Shown piece by piece: positions 1 through 14,015 of a DNA stretch of 64,000 bases. The notes below the pieces were generated by a model. It did not search any database. It was not told the origin of the DNA and worked only from the letters and a program-made list of their open reading frames with translations. A program made the position numbers and the translations under genes. The stretch spans positions 62,001-126,000 of the forward strand of contig RSEE01000140.1 in NCBI GenBank assembly GCA_003971905.1. The letters run 5' to 3'. The stretch is from Moniliella sp. 'wahieum' (lineage: Eukaryota). The first letter of the stretch is position 1; every line of letters starts with the position of its first letter.

Positions 1-158
1 TGTTTGTCTGGTACTTGGTTGCCCAAAGAGATCACGGGAGTGATACATGATGCATGATGAGGATCGCCACCTGGTGTTATCCCCGCCAGGGCCGCTGCAC
101 GGAGGCAGTGTGGGGACAGCGGAATTAAGCATGCTGCCTGCCTGCTGCGGGCTGGGGC

Positions 159-194
159 CCTGCTGCCTGCTGCCTGCTGCCTGCTGCCTGCTGC
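159..194 (+). repeat. (CCTGCTG)x5 heptamer tandem repeat upstream of ACL
   Basis: Read directly from the sequence: cctgctg repeated five times. Confidence 0.85.
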
Positions 195-405
195 TCCACC
201 CTCGGGCACCGGCGGCGGCGGCGGGTGCGGCGTGTGCGTATTATACGCAGTATAAGCGAGAGGACCGCATTCGGCCTTCCGTCCGGGCTACTGGCATGTG
301 CCGCACCAACCGTATAAATCCACCCGCCCACGTGGCGCCCAGCCCACCTGCCCCGCCCCCACACCCCTCCCGCACCCGCCTCGCCTTCCCCGCCACCGCA
401 CCGCC

Positions 406-3400
406 ATGTCGTCCAAGGGTACGTCCGCCCCCTCCCCCCCCTCCCGCATTCACACTCACACCCGCCTTCTGCGCCCCCCGCCACCAGCCATCCGCGAGTT
501 TGACGCCAAACTTCTCGTCAACTACTGGCTCCCGCGCGCCCCCATCTTCAGCGACCAGGTCGCTGTATCCCACTCCTTCCCTCGCCTCCGCCCAGGTCGC
601 CCAAGTCGCATGGGACCCGGCCACCGGCGCCCTCACCCCCGACAACCAGCTCCCGTCCTGGGTCTTCCACTCCAAGCTCGTCGCCAAGCCCGACCAGTTG
701 ATCAAACGCCGCGGCAAGGCAGGCTTACTCAAGCTCAATGTCGACTGGCCCGCCGCCAAGCAATGGATTGCCGACCGGGCTGGCAAGCCTCAAAAGGTGC
801 GTCTTCTTCTCTCTTTCTCTCTCGTATCTAATGCGAAGAGGGGTTCTGACACACACAATCCCCACCAACAGGTTGAATCGGTCGTCGGTACTCTCAACAA
901 CTTATCGTAGAGCCCCTTTCCCCCACAAGCCCGAGGAGGAATACTATGTCTGCATCAACTCCACTCGCGAGGGAGACCGCATCCTCTTTACTCACGAGGG
1001 GGGTGTGGATGTGGGCGATGTCGATGCTAAGGCGCTTCAACTCCTTATTCCCGCCGATCCTCAACTTCCTGTCCCCTCGCGGGAAGAATGGACATTGACC
1101 CTTCTCCCATTCGTGCCTGAAAGCAAGCAAGAGCTTCTTACCGACTTTCTCATTCGCCTTTACTCGGTCTATGTCCAGCTCCACTTTGCGTACCTCGAGA
1201 TCAACCCCCTGGTTTGCACTTCCGACGGAACCATCGCTTACCTTGACATGGCTGCCAAACTTGACCAGACGGCCGAGTTCCTTGTGGCCCCAGCTGGGCC
1301 ATCGCGCGTGACCCGGCCATCGTACTCGGAACGTCGACGGGCACCACCGCCAAGGGGGAGGAGCGAGGTCCACCCATGTTTTGGCCTGCTCCCTTTGGCC
1401 GTGACTTGACCAAGGAGGAGGCATACATTTCCAAGCTCGACTCGGGCACGGGAGCTTCGCTCAAGCTGACTGTGCTCAATGCCACCGGCCGCATCTGGAC
1501 CATGGTGGCCGGAGGGGGAGCGTCCGTGGTTTACGCGGATGCGATTGCCGCCCATGGCTTTGCTCATGAGTTGGCCAACTATGGCGAGTACTCGGGTGCA
1601 CCGACGGAGACGCAAACGTATGAGTATGCCAGCACCTTGCTTGACTTGATGACCCGTGGTGTCCCGCATCCCGATGGAAAGATTCTCATTATCGGGGGCG
1701 GGATTGCCAACTTTACCAATGTTGCGGCTACGTTCAAGGGCATTATTCGTGCCCTTAAGGAGTACCAGCCCAACCTAATTGACCACCAGGTTCAAATCTT
1801 TGTGCGTCGCGGTGGCTAATTACCAAGAGGGGCTAAAGAACATGCGCCTTTTGGGCGACAATTTGGGGGTGCCCATTGCCGTCTTTGGGCCTGAGACCCA
1901 CATCACCGATATTGTGCCTTGGCCCTTGGTCTAAAGTCACTGGAGCAAGTTCAGCTCGGAATTCAAGCCGTCGAGCTCCCCACCAGCAAGCCGGCCGGGG
2001 GAAAAACCGTATCGGAACCCAAGCCAACCTCTTCTTCGGATTCGTCGCAGAACACCTCGGCTACGCTATCGGTGCTGTCGCAAGCTGGTGGGCAGCGACG
2101 TCGCGGCCCAACCGGCCGTCGTACTGCCCTTTGACGAAACGACCCGCTCCTTTGTCTATGGCATGCAAGCCCCGTGCCATCCAGGGAATGCTCGACTTTG
2201 ACTTTAGCTGTGGCCGTGCTACCCCGTCGGTGGCTGCCATGATCTACCCCTTTGGCGGTCATCATCTCCAAAAGCTGTACTGGGGAACGAAGGAGACTGT
2301 GATTCCGGTCTACACTTCGTTGGCCGATGCCTGTGCCAAGCACCCAGATGTGGATGTGGTGGTGAATTTCGCGTCGTCGCGGTCGGTGTACAGCTCGTCG
2401 CTGGAGGTGTTTCAGTTCCCGCAGCTGCGAGCGTTGGCGCTGATTGCCGAGGGTGTGCCCGAGCGCTATGCACGTGAGATTCTCTGGCGCGCCAAAAAGT
2501 CGAACGTGCTGGTGATTGGTCCGGCCACCGTGGGCGGGATTAAGCCGGGGCTTCCGGATTGGCAACAGTGGCGGGATGATGGACAACATTCTTACTTCGA
2601 AACTGTACCGTCCGGGCTCGGTGGGCTATGTGTCCAAGTCGGGCGGCATGTCCAATGAGCTCAACAACATTCTTGCTCTCACCACCAATGGTACCTACGA
2701 GGGCATTGCCATTGGTGGCGATCGATACCCTTCCACCACGTTTATTGACCATCTGCTGCGGTACGAGCAAGACCCCAAGTGCAAACTTCTCCTTCTCCTC
2801 GGCGAGGTGGGAGGGGTGGAGGAGTACCGAGTGATTGAAGCGGTGAAGCGGGGGCTGATCAAGAAACCCATTGTGGCCTGGGCGATTGGAACGTGTGCAG
2901 ACATGTTTACGACCGAGGTGCAGTTTGGCCATGCAGGTTCGATGGCCAACTCAAAGTTGGAGACGGCCGCGTCCAAGAATGCAGCGATGAAGGCGGCCGG
3001 GTTTATTGTGCCCGACACGTTTGAGGATTTGCCCAAGGTGCTGCGGGCGACGTATGAGCGCCTGGTCGCCCAGGGCAGTATTGTGCCGGCCCCCGAGGCG
3101 CCGCCGCCCAACATCCCGCTCGACTACAACTGGGCGCGGGAGCTGGGCATGGTACGAAAGCCAGCCGCGTTCATCTCTACCCATCTCGGACGAGCGCGGG
3201 GCCGAGTTGCGTTACGGCGGGATGCCCATCTCGGAGGTGATCAATTCGGGCATGGGGGTGGGTGGGGTGATCAGTCTGCTGTGGTTCAAGCGCCAGTTGC
3301 CAGAGGAGTGCACCAAGTTGATTGAGATGGCGGTGATGTTGTGTGCGGACCATGGCCCGGCCGTGTCAGGGGCGATGAATACGATCATTACGACGCGTGC

Positions 3401-3942
3401 GGGCAAGGACTTGGTTTCGTCGCTGTGCTCCGGCCTGTTGACGATTGGCTCGCGGTTTGGCGGTGCGCTGGATGATGCGGCGATTGAGTTTTCCAAGGCG
3501 TTCGATGCCGACCTGACGCCGCGGGAGTTTGTGGACTCGATGCGCAAGCAGCAGCGTCTCATCCCGGGGATTGGGCACAAGATCAAGTCGTTGCGCAACC
3601 CGACCAACGGTGGTGCTGGTGGTGGACTATGTGCAGAAACACTTGCGCTCGCACCGGCTGTTGGACTATGCGCTTCGAGTGCAGGAGGTGACGACGGCCA
3701 AGAAGGACACGCTCATCCTCAATGTGGATGGGGCGATTGCGGTGGCGATGGTGGACATGTTGCGCGACTCGGGTGCGTTTACGGCGGACGAGGCGCAGGA
3801 GTACATTGATCTCAAGTTCCTCAATGGCCTGTTTATTGTGGCTCGGTCGATTGGGTTTGTGGGCCACCACTTGGACCAACGCCGGCTGCGCTCGGCGCTC
3901 TACTACCGCCACCCGGGCGAGGACATCTTCTACTTTTCCTAA
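406..3942 (+). CDS. ACL1: ATP-citrate lyase, single-chain (fused) form
   Basis: Spliced start [14 protein letters not shown] (introns 419-487 and 797-871). Motifs [81 protein letters not shown] and LNVDG lie in successive frameshifted ORFs. Stop TAA ends at 3942. Confidence 0.97.
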
Positions 3943-4692
3943 GCAGCGATGGGTGGTGCGGGGGCGGTCTGGGTATGGCTGGGCCCGCGTGGTGAGGGGG
4001 AGGAGCAGAATGGGATACGAAGCGTTCGCGTATGAGCTGTTGGCTATATAACTCTTCTCGATCTTGGCCTCGATGCTCGGTGTGGATGGGGGGGTGGCAT
4101 GAGGACAGACATAGTCACTCGTTGGTCATATCCTGTCACGTGGCCGCGTTGTGACTTTGGTTTTGTCGGCTGCCCCACCTGGCACCACTCGGGGGCTGCG
4201 ACGCGAAACGAGCGGCGGAGGCGGGGGATGGGGTGCTCCATATGGCCTGTGGAGGCGCCACAGTGGGCATGGCAATGGGCATGGCAATGGCCATGGCCAT
4301 GGAGCGCAGGATGGCATGTGGCATGTGGGGGCACACCCGCACACATGGTCCGCTGCTTCCAGTCACATGTCACGCATCAGAGTCACCGGCACCAGCCCAG
4401 GCGACATGTGACAGCCCCCATCACACGTCCATGTCACCCATCCCCTCGCCTTCTTCGCTCGTCTTGGGCAGCACCCAAATTGCAGCTGCCAAGCAAGCCG
4501 CATGCCACGCCCATCCGTTTGCCACACCCTGTCTTCTCTTGCGTCTTCTCCCCGTCGTTCGTCTTCTTCTCCGCCTCTGTCGGCTTCGCCTCCTTCTTGT
4601 TCTCCTTCTTCTTCTTCTTCTTGTTCTCCTCCTCCGCCTCGTTCTTGTTCGCCCTCCGCTTCTTCTCAAGCTCCTCCGCCCCTCTCCCCTCC

Positions 4693-7678
4693 ATGGACGC
4701 CCCCGCGTCCCCCCGCGCCGCCGCACCCATCGACGCACGTGCCCATCCCGGCGCCGCCTCGCCCCTCCTCGTCGCCCCGTCTTGCTCGCCCCCGCCTGTC
4801 CCCCTGTCCCCCACCCTCCTTGTCCCGCCCGACCTGCTCGCCCACCTGCCGCGCTCGCCCCTGCCCCCGCCGCGTGCTTCCCGCTCCTCTCGCGCCTCAG
4901 GCTCTCTGTCCTCGCCCCCACCCACCCCAAAACGCCGCACCAGCCGCTCCTTTTCCCATTGGACTCTGGGCACTGCCTGCGCACCAGCACCAGGCCCTGC
5001 CTCCACCTCTTCACGCGAGCATACCGCATCCCCCCCACCCGCCTCGGAGGACACTCCCGAGCCTGCGCCAGCCTCCACCTGCTCGACCTCCATCCCAGAC
5101 CAGCATAGCTCACATTCGCTTCCCTCCCTGGCTCCTACCCTCTCTGCCGATCATGGCAGTCAGTCCAACCGCGCTTCTCTCCCCTCCGCCCTTCCCACTT
5201 CCACTTCCGAACAGTGCCTCCCCCCAGCCTCGCCCCCGCCTCCGCCATCGTCGTCTTCGTCTCCCCCGCCCCACCCGCCCCCCCCTCTGACAAACCCCAC
5301 TGTACCAGACCTTGATCCGCTCGCGCGCGCCCGCACGAAGCCCAGCTGGCCTGGGACGAAGACCCGGGCTTTATGCCACGGGAAGACCTGGTCCTATGGC
5401 TCGGCCGACGTGCTACTGCGGCCCACTCTGCTGCCGAGGTGGCCGCCGCTCAAACTGCCTACATGGCCCATTTCGATTTCTCCCACGATCGGGTAGACGA
5501 AGCACTGCGAAAGCTCTGTGCCAAGCTGCTGCTCCGGCTGAGACACAGGTACTGGAACGAGTGCTGCAAGCGTTTGCCGTGCGCTTTCTCACTGCCCACC
5601 CTGCTTCGGACCTGTACCGTTCCGAAGAACAGGTCCACCACCTTGCGTTTAGCATTTTGCTTCTCAATACTGATCTTCATGTGGCCGACTTGGGGGAACG
5701 GATGACGCGTCCCCAGTTTGTGCGCAACACGCTCTTGGCGCTGGAAGGTGACCAGACCCCCTGTTCCTCCCACGCCGAGGTTCCCAGCGCCGCCACTGCC
5801 GATTCGCTCGACGGTACGGTTGTCGACAAGAAAAAGCGGGACGAGATGTAGCGTGGGCAACGAGGATGGAGCGACTACTGAGGGTGCGTAGTTAGTTGCC
5901 TGTCGCTCCTTCTTAACGTTTTGTATGGTGCTGACCTTGTGGTTGGATTGTGAACAGGATATCTACACGGCCTTGCGGTCCGAGCCCCCACCTACCTTCG
6001 TGGTGCGGCGATGTACTTGGTGCCCCTCCGTCCGACGCGAGCAAACACTTCGCCCGACGAAGCAGTATCCGCGGCCTGCCTTCACTTTTGACGCCCAACG
6101 CACCCAGTCGACGCTGGTCCGAGTCTGGGTTAGATGCGCGGTCGAGTGGGACACGAGCAATGGCTCCTGTTGGGTTCGTTTCCTCCTCTCCCACCAGACC
6201 TATTCCCGAAGAGCAGGATACCGAGCCGTCGACGGGCCACAAAACCGATCCCCGATTCGGAACTGGCGCTGGCGGGTGCGCCCTGGGCCAAGGAGGGCCG
6301 GCTGAGCCGCAAGTTGATGGTCCCGGGTAAACGAGGCAAAGACAAAGCGTGGACCGAAGTGTTTTCAGTTGTGCATGCTCCGGGTGTCCTGTCCTTTTTC
6401 ACCTTTGCATCTTCCCTGTCCCGCGCCACCACCGCTGTTGGCGGTGGCAACTGGGCGCTTAGTGCGGAACTGGTGGATGAGGTGGGGCTGCAACAGACTG
6501 TAGCCCAACCGGTACCGCCACCTGGGCTGGGCCGTGCTCGACCCCATGTCGTCGCCCTGCACGTGCCTGGCACCGGGAGCATGTACCTCCAAACCTCGCA
6601 TGAAGGTCTAGTGACGGAATTGTACGACCCTCAACTATTGGGCCCGCGCGTCCCAGTCGCCCCTTGCGGCCGGGGTGACGAGCGTCGATTACGGGTGGAA
6701 CGTGCTGGACCCCATTCCCCCCCCGGCTACCCCGGCCACCACTGCTACCACTGCTACCATTCCCCCCCCGGCTACCCCGGCACCACTGCTACCACTGCTA
6801 CCACTGCTACCACGGCTACCACGGCTACCCTGGCTAGTACGGCTACCACGGGGGAAGAAACGGAGAAGAAGATGCTCTGCCCCCCCAACTCCAGCAGTCC
6901 CGCCGAACCCAACGGCAGCGTGCCAATGTCTCTGTCGGTATCGACTCGAGCTCCTCTGCTTCGCTCCTCGGGCACCTCAAGCCCTCCACCACGCACACTT
7001 CGCTTACTCCCTCGGAGGAAGAGGCGCTGAGTGGGCCACCGGAGATGGTTCGATCCTTTTCCCTGTCGGTGCCCCCTCGCGCCGAGGGTTGATGACCCTG
7101 GGGTGGGGCAAGGCGTTGCGCGGGTTGGGTTCGCGCGTGGCCGGGACCGAAGCCGGCCCGGCTGCCGTGGAGTTTACTGCGTAGGGTCGAAACTGGCCCG
7201 GGGTCGCGTCCTCCTTCGCCCCTCTTCCCTACGCCTGTGCCGAGCACCGCTGCGCACGGCAAGGCGTATGCGTCGGAACACATTGCGTTGGGCACGTGGT
7301 CCCCTCCCCCTCCGCCGTTGGGACGATCGAGTTTATCGGAGCAAGAGCAGGAAAGGGCATTACGAGCGGTCGTGCTTAGCCTCGAAACGGAACTGGTTTC
7401 CCACCAGGGCTTGCGCGCCCCTTGGCCGCCCGCTTTCATCCGCGCGGACCGAATGCCTTGTTGGCCCGGACCAATTGGGAGCATAAGCTCGAGTACTTGC
7501 TAGATGAGCTGGCCAAGTACCGTACCTACGCTGCTTCCTGACCGAAGCGCGGAAGAAACGGGCGCGTCTGGTTTGGCGCGACGGAATGATCCTCGATCCA
7601 GTGGCGGAAGCCGAAGCCGAAGCGGAGGCGGGCAGTTTGGACGCACCCCATTCCGATGCGCCCGCGCTGGAACCGTAA
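4693..7678 (+). CDS. Sec7-domain plus PH-domain ARF guanine-nucleotide exchange factor (Syt1-like)
   Basis: Sec7 motifs FDFSHDRVDEALRKLC, ETQVLERVLQAFAVRF and LAFSILLLNTDLH. PH entry ELALAGAPWAKEG. C-terminal NWEHKLEYLLDELAKY. Pro/Ser-rich N-terminus, probable intron near 5885-5957. Both ends are approximate. Confidence 0.85.
6713..6850 (+). repeat. Coding tandem duplication (~45 nt) followed by 9-nt CCACTGCTA/CCACGGCTA repeats (Thr/Ala-rich linker)
   Basis: cattcccc..ggctaccccgg..caccactgctaccactgctac occurs twice, then (ccacggcta) units follow. Confidence 0.8.
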
Positions 7679-8154
7679 TGCCGTACCGCGTACCCGGTCC
7701 AGTGGACCGGCGGCGTAGCATAGGCGACCCCGTCCCTGTTCTCGCCTTCATTCAACTTTCCTTTATGGGCGTACTTGGCGAATGTCTTTCTTTTGCCCTC
7801 CCCTTTTCAACCGCAGTCGCTGCCGTCTCCCATCGTTTGAAGCTTGAAGCTTGACGCTTTCGCTATCTTCGCTGTACAATACCATACGTCTGTGTGTTCG
7901 TGTGTTTGTCACATCTGTAATCCTGTGTCGTCTCTTGTCGGTCTTTTGCCTGTAGAGATCCTGCTTGCCCCCCCCCCCCCCCGCCCCTGAAACTCCATGA
8001 CAACAGGCCTCAATGTCCCGGCCGTCAATATGATATTTGGTTCCAAACCCATCACAGGGATGAGTGAAGATAGTGGGCATGGATTGGTCGTACATGTGTT
8101 GCAAGGGGGAGGGAGGCGGGGGCGGGGGCGGGGACCAGGCGCTCCACACGGAAC

Positions 8155-9772
8155 TCAGACCGAGATGGTCTTGAAGAGGTGGAAGCCGGCGGCCGAGGTG
8201 GTCATGAGCATGCCCGGAATCTGCTTGTGCCAATGAACCTCTTTGATCTCCGACGCACCATAGTGGGAGAACAACAGTTGGTTGGGCACCTGTTGGCCTC
8301 CCTGGCCGACCAAGTCGGCCGTGTTGCTCTTGACGCCAGTTTCCTCCTCGTCGTCCGCCTCGACACTCAAGTCCCACAGGGTTACCTGGTCGTCCCGTCC
8401 ACTCGCAGCAAACACACTCTCCTCTGTGGGGTGCCACTCGACCGAGTCAATGGGCGCCGTGTGCCACTGGAACTCGGCCACGGCGTTTGACGTTTGGCCG
8501 CCTTGCCCCAGTTGCGCAAGTCCCATACCTTGAGCATTCCATCGTCGCCGCCAGACAGGATGAGGTAGTCGGTCAACTTGTTCCACGAAATCACATTCAC
8601 GTCGCTCTCGTGGGCATGGTCATTGGTCACAATGCTCTTGCGCGCTTGGGTGCGTACGTCCCAGATGCGGATCGTCGAGTCGGCGGAACAGGAGGCAAAG
8701 ATGGTCTGTTCCTTGGGCGACCACTGCAAGTCTTCGACACTGCTCGTGTGCGACGCAAACGGACGCTCGTTGGTCACCCACCCCGACTCCCGCTGCACGG
8801 TCAGGTAAATCTTCGAGTGCACATCGCCACTCAGCAAGCGTAATGGCAGCTTGCCCCCCTCGCCCAGAGGCGGGGCCCAATCCAACGCGTACCCCTCCAC
8901 GCGGTGCTGCCGGACCGTGTGCAGCGGGGTAGAGACCTTCTTCTTGTCAAACTGGAACGGTTCCTCCAAACTTTGAAGCATGGGCGCCACATCGTGGATT
9001 TGCACCCGGCCCACATCGTTCCACACTGCCACAGGGTAGGTTGTGCTGCTCGTCCGATCCGGGCGCTGCGCGCACCGCCACCCGGTTCACCCCGCCCTGG
9101 ATCTGGAACGAACGGTACTCTACCACCGCATCCTCGTCCAATCCGTCATCGTCGTCATCATCATCGTCGTTGTCCGAGTCATCTGCAACCGGTCAGGACA
9201 AAGAGAAAAACAAAAGAACAGAACAATAAAGGGTGAGGGGGGGGGGGGGATAAAGAACGTACTGCCATCTTTGATGGTGCGGTGCATGTTGGATGCCTTC
9301 ATCACCAGCACTTCGTTGTCCTCGGCGCGATCAGCCTGGGTCCCACTGACCCAGTATGCGGTGTGAGGGAATCCTCCTCCACCAGCACCACGCTCGTTGC
9401 CCAACTTGTCTTGCAGAATATCAAACGACAGCGCGGGCCAGGTCACGTTGAGCCGGTGCAGCATTCGTATGCGCCTTGGTCCGGTTCGAGCTCGGCCTTG
9501 GCCGGGCCATCTTGGTGGGCAGAGGGGATGTACACCTGTGTGGGGGACTCTTCTTCGTCGTCATCGTTGTCCTCGTCGTCCGGACGCTCGACATCGCCTT
9601 CAATTTCCATCTCGGCGTCCGACGCGACATTGTCTTCTTCAATGTCGTCGCCAAAGGGGTCTTCAAATTCGCCCATGCCTTCGTCATCGTGCTTGGGCGC
9701 GGGCACAGTGCCAGAGGCGACACGCTTAGCCTCGGCCGTGGCGCGTTCGGGAGAAGCAGCGCGCTTGGACAT
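8155..9772 (-). CDS. RRB1: WD40 ribosome assembly protein Rrb1/GRWD1
   Basis: MSKRAASPE start and acidic GMGEFEDPFGDD. MLHRLNVTWPALSFDIL, SHTSSVEDLQWSPKEQTIFASCSAD, DVNVISWN, WHTAPIDSVEWHP, QLLFSHYG and C-terminal GFHLFKTISV*. Intron 9183-9262. Confidence 0.93.
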
Positions 9773-10202
9773 GGCAGCAGAGCGGTGGGGGTGGTGGTTG
9801 CACAAGAGAAAGCGCTGGACGCGCAAGACGATCGTGGCGCTGCGGGCGTCCAAGCGCACTGGCTCGGCCTCCTGCGTGTGGGCCACTAAAAAAAAACCAG
9901 CGAGGAAAAAGAAAACGGAAAAGAAAGCCATATTAAAATCAAAAAGAAACTCCATCCGGGCCCGTTGCACCGATGCGAATCGAACAGCGCACGCCTCCAA
10001 ACAATGCACCGATCGGCTATGCGCGGTGCTAGGGTTTGCCCTCCATTTTTTTTCTTTTCGAGGGATTTAGCCTGTCTTCTCCGTCGGGGCCCAGCCTGGG
10101 CTCCCGATGGGACAGCCGCCGGGCACGGCACCGCCTCGAACGTGGGGCCCCTCCTGCCTGTTCACCACCATTGGTCGCGGCTGCTCCCCTTCTCCCATCC
10201 CC

Positions 10203-12723
10203 ATGTCCGACGCCTTTACCGCGCTGCTGCCCCCGCCGGTGCCTCTGCGCATCCTCATCCTCGGCTCCGGTGGCCGCGAGCACGCACTGGCCCACCACCT
10301 CGTCGCCAGCCCGCGCGTCGAGCACGTCTTTGTCGCCCCTGGCAACGGCGGCACCGCTTCGGCTGACGGTCGCTGCACCAACCTGCCTGAGCCCAAGGTC
10401 AGCGGCACCGACTTCTCTGCCATCACCGCCTGGGCCCAGCAGAACAAGATCAACCTTGCCATTGCCGGGCCCGAGCAACCGTTGGTGGACGGCGCCGAGG
10501 CTGCCTTCCGTCAGGGTACGTATCTCCTTCCCTCCTCCCTTGCGTTTTCTCTTGATGGCCATTGCGCAGGGAAGCAGTAGCTGACATGATGAGTAGCTGG
10601 TATCCCCATGTTTGGTCCTTCGCCCGTCGCGGCGCAGATGGAGGGCTCCAAGACCTTTTCCAAGCACTTTATGGCGCGTCACCAGATCCCCACGGCCGAG
10701 TACCAGTCCTTTACTCCCGCAGCAGGTGAACGAATGTCTGGCGTACATTGAGAAGTTGGGGGTGCGCAGAAAGTGGTGCTCAAGGCGAGTGGTCTTGCCG
10801 GCGGGAAGGGTGTGCTTTTGCCCGAGACGACGGCGGAAGCCAAGCAGGGTGTGGAGGACATTCTGGTCAAAAAGGTGTTTGGGGAGCACGCCGGCTCGTC
10901 GCTGGTCATTGAGGAGCGTCTCGATGGCCCTGAGCTGTCGGTGCTTGCGTTTAGCGACGGTTACACGATCAAGGCCCTGCCGGGCTGCCAGGACCACAAG
11001 CGCATTGGCGAGGGGGACACTGGGCTCAACACGGGTGGCATGGGCGCCTACTGCCCTGCCCCTGAGGGTGTGCCATTTGAGCAAGAGATCTACGACACGG
11101 TCCTTAAGCCTACGATCGATGGCATGCGCGCGGATGGGCTGCCATTTGTGGGGTCTCTTTGTTGGCCTGATGCTCACTTCGCGTGGGCCCAAGGTACTCG
11201 AGTACAATGTCCGCTTTGGTGATCCCGAAACGGAGGCGGTGCTGGAACTTCTGGAAACGCCTCTTGGGGAAATCATCTTTGCCTGTGTGGAGCGCCGCCT
11301 CGACACTGTCGACATCAAGATCAAGTCGGGCAGCGCGGTGAGCATCATTCTTGCCTCCAAGGGGTACCCCGGTAAGTACCCCACTGGCCTCCCGATCACC
11401 TTGCCGGCGGCTTCAGCTCTGCCCAAGGGCGTGCAGATCTACCACGCGGCACCAAGATTGTGGATGGCCAGGTGCTCACTGCTGGCGGCCGTGTGTTGGC
11501 GGTGAGCGGGGTGGGTGCGACTCTGCAAGAAGCGCTGAAGGCTGCGTATGCCGGTGTCGACCTGATCCAATTTGAAGGCAAGACGTTCCGTCGGGACATT
11601 GCCCACCGCGCGCTCACCGCAGCTTCTACGCAGAAGCAAGAGGCGCTCACCTATGCTTCGGCGGGCGTTTCGATCGATGCCGGGACGCGTTGGTGCAGGC
11701 GATCAAGCCTCTGGCCAAGTCGACCGTACGCCCTGGGTGTGATGCGGATCTGGGTGGGTTTGGCGGTGCGTTTGACCTCAAGCCGCTCGGGTTGAAGGAC
11801 CCCATCCTGGTTTCGGGTACCGACGGCGTGGGCACCAAGCTGCGTGTGGCGCTTGATGCCAACAAGCACGACACGGTCGGCATTGACCTGGTGGCCATGT
11901 CGGTCAATGATCTGTTGGTGCAGGGCGCGCTCCCGCTCTACTTTTTGGACTACTTTGCTTGCTCCAAGCTGGACGTCAAGGTGGCTGCGGCTGTGATTGG
12001 TGGTGTGGCCGAGGGCTGCCGACAGGCCAAGGCCGGCCTGATTGGCGGTGAACGGCGGAGATGCCCGGCATGTATGAGGGGGACGACTATGACCTGGCAG
12101 GCTTCGCCGTGGGCGCAGTGGAGCGGGCTCAGCTGCTGCCGCGTGTGTGCAGGAGATGCAAGCCGGGGATGTCTTGATTGGCCTGGCCTCGTCGGGGCTG
12201 CACTCGAACGGATACAGTCTGGCGCGCAAGGTGGTGGCTCGCTCGGGGCTGAGCTACGGGGCTCCGGTGCCTTGGAGCAAGAGCGCGAACGAGGCCCCGC
12301 TGCCGGCGACGCTGGGCGAGGCGCTTCTGGTCCGACGCAGATTATGTGCAGGCACTGGCGCCCCTGCTGCAGTCGCCCGAAGGTTTGCTAGGCATGTCCC
12401 ACATTACCGGCGGTGGCTTCACCGAAAACATCCCGCGTGCGCTCCCGGCACACCTGGGTGCGCACATTGACCTCACTGCGTGGGAGCGACCGGGTGTGTT
12501 TGGCTGGATGCAGAAGGTGGGTAACGTGGAGGCGCGGGAAATGGCCCGGACGTTCAACAACGGTATCGGGATGGTGCTGATTGTGCGCAAGGACCAAGCG
12601 GAGCGCATCTTGACGTTGCTCCGGACGGACCCGGCGGCTGCGGCCACGGCCCCTGTGGTGATGGGAGAGCTGGTGGCCGGCTCGGGCGTGTCGTACACCG
12701 GGCTGGACAAGTGGGCCAACTGA
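10203..12723 (+). CDS. ADE5,7: Bifunctional GAR synthetase / AIR synthetase
   Basis: GARS motifs [46 protein letters not shown] and [15 protein letters not shown] motifs [44 protein letters not shown] and RTFNNGIG. Intron 10516-10596. Confidence 0.97.
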
Positions 12724-13258
12724 GGTGTAGAAGAGGGCGTTGTGACATGTGGGAAGCAGCAAGCTGCATCCAATCCCTGATGCTTGAAGCGTGAAGCGTG
12801 AAGATGGGTCGATCGATGTATTGGAGTTACTAGTTAGGGCAAACACTTCCGAGTATCAATACGACTATAGTAGGGATATCAATTCTACGCCACACTTTCA
12901 CAGTTACGCCACAGGCCCTCAGGTGTTTACACCGAGAAATCCACGAATTTAGATTGTTCGCATTGTCAGCAGACCAATGCCTACTGGTGGTTCTTTTCAT
13001 TGTGCACCAATGTGTAACAGTGGCCACGGGCGAAGAGAAACCTAGTAGATTAGTTACAATGAAGATTGGGGGTGGGACTTGGATGAAGACATGACCCATT
13101 CTTTATCACCTTTTCGCCAGTTTCATTCAATGGATTGTGCTTTCTTTTTCTATAGTCCGAGATGAGCCTGAGCACTCACTAGCACAGAAGCGGATAAACA
13201 TCATACTGGTACAAGTGTATTTCTACAAGCAAAGCAGGAATCTAGATGAGCGACCAGC

Positions 13259-13761
13259 TTACTTGGTGCTGGAGAACTTGGTCACCGACTTGGTACCCTC
13301 CGAGATAGCGTGCTTGCTCAGTTCACCAGGCAGGATCAAACGCACAGCCGTCTGGATCTCGCGCGAAGAGATGGTAGACTTTTTGTTGTAGGATGCCAGC
13401 TTGGAGGCCGGTCGCAATGCGCTCTGGAAATGCACACAAAGAGAGCAGGGTCAGCTGCAGTTCCAACAGGCATGACGGAGCAGATGGTTGCAGGGGGGAT
13501 GAACGTACCAAAGATGTCCGAGACAAAAGAGTTGAGGATGGCCATGGCCTTGTTGGAGATACCCGTGTCGGGGTGGACTTGCTTCAGGACACGGTAAATG
13601 TAGGTGGAGTACGTCTCCTTGCGCACCGAGCGCGCCTTCTTCTTGCCACCTTCGGCAGGCGACTTGGACGTCTTCTTGGCTGCAGTCGTCTTGGACGCGC
13701 TGCTGGGGGCCTTGCCACCCGTGCTGGGGGGAGCCTTGGACGCAACGGACTTGGGAGGCAT
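13259..13761 (-). CDS. HTB1: Histone H2B
   Basis: [57 protein letters not shown] and [13 protein letters not shown]. Intron 13424-13508. Confidence 0.98.
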
Positions 13762-13953
13762 GGTAGACAAACGCGGACGAAGTAGAAGTAGAAGAGGTGG
13801 TGGAGCTGGGAGAGGGCAGGAAGACAAACAAGGGCTGTGTGTTATATATGGCGGGCCGAGGGGAGGGTGTTGAAGGAGGCGTGCTGGCGTGCTTTGCAAG
13901 GCTGGCGGGCACAGCAGCACACCTGCGTAACCCACCTATGGGCCTGCTGCTCC

Positions 13954-14015
13954 TGATGCATGAGCGCGACTAATCCCAGCACTGGGTGATGCGGTGATGC
14001 ATGATGCATGATGCC
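13954..14015. promoter_or_regulatory. (TGATGCN) heptamer array in the H2B/H2A bidirectional promoter
   Basis: tgatgca at 13954, then tgatgcg-g-tgatgca-tgatgca-tgatgcc at 13987-14015. TATA-like boxes near 13843 and 14229. A regulatory role is inferred. Confidence 0.6.

Noticed and set aside
4264..4302. (ATGGCN) hexamer repeats, also at about 21300-21350
   Set aside because: These are simple microsatellite-like tracts upstream of genes, with no evidence of function.
10029..11426. Long antisense ORFs (also 49518-50420, 44166-45023, 20690-21460 and others)
   Set aside because: They are shadows of GC-rich coding sequence on the opposite strand and show no independent protein motifs.
12721..12780. 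Cryptic peroxisomal targeting by stop-codon readthrough in ADE5,7 (also checked for ACL)
   Set aside because: The stop contexts are not TGA-CTA, and the ADE5,7 extension does not end in a PTS1-like tripeptide.
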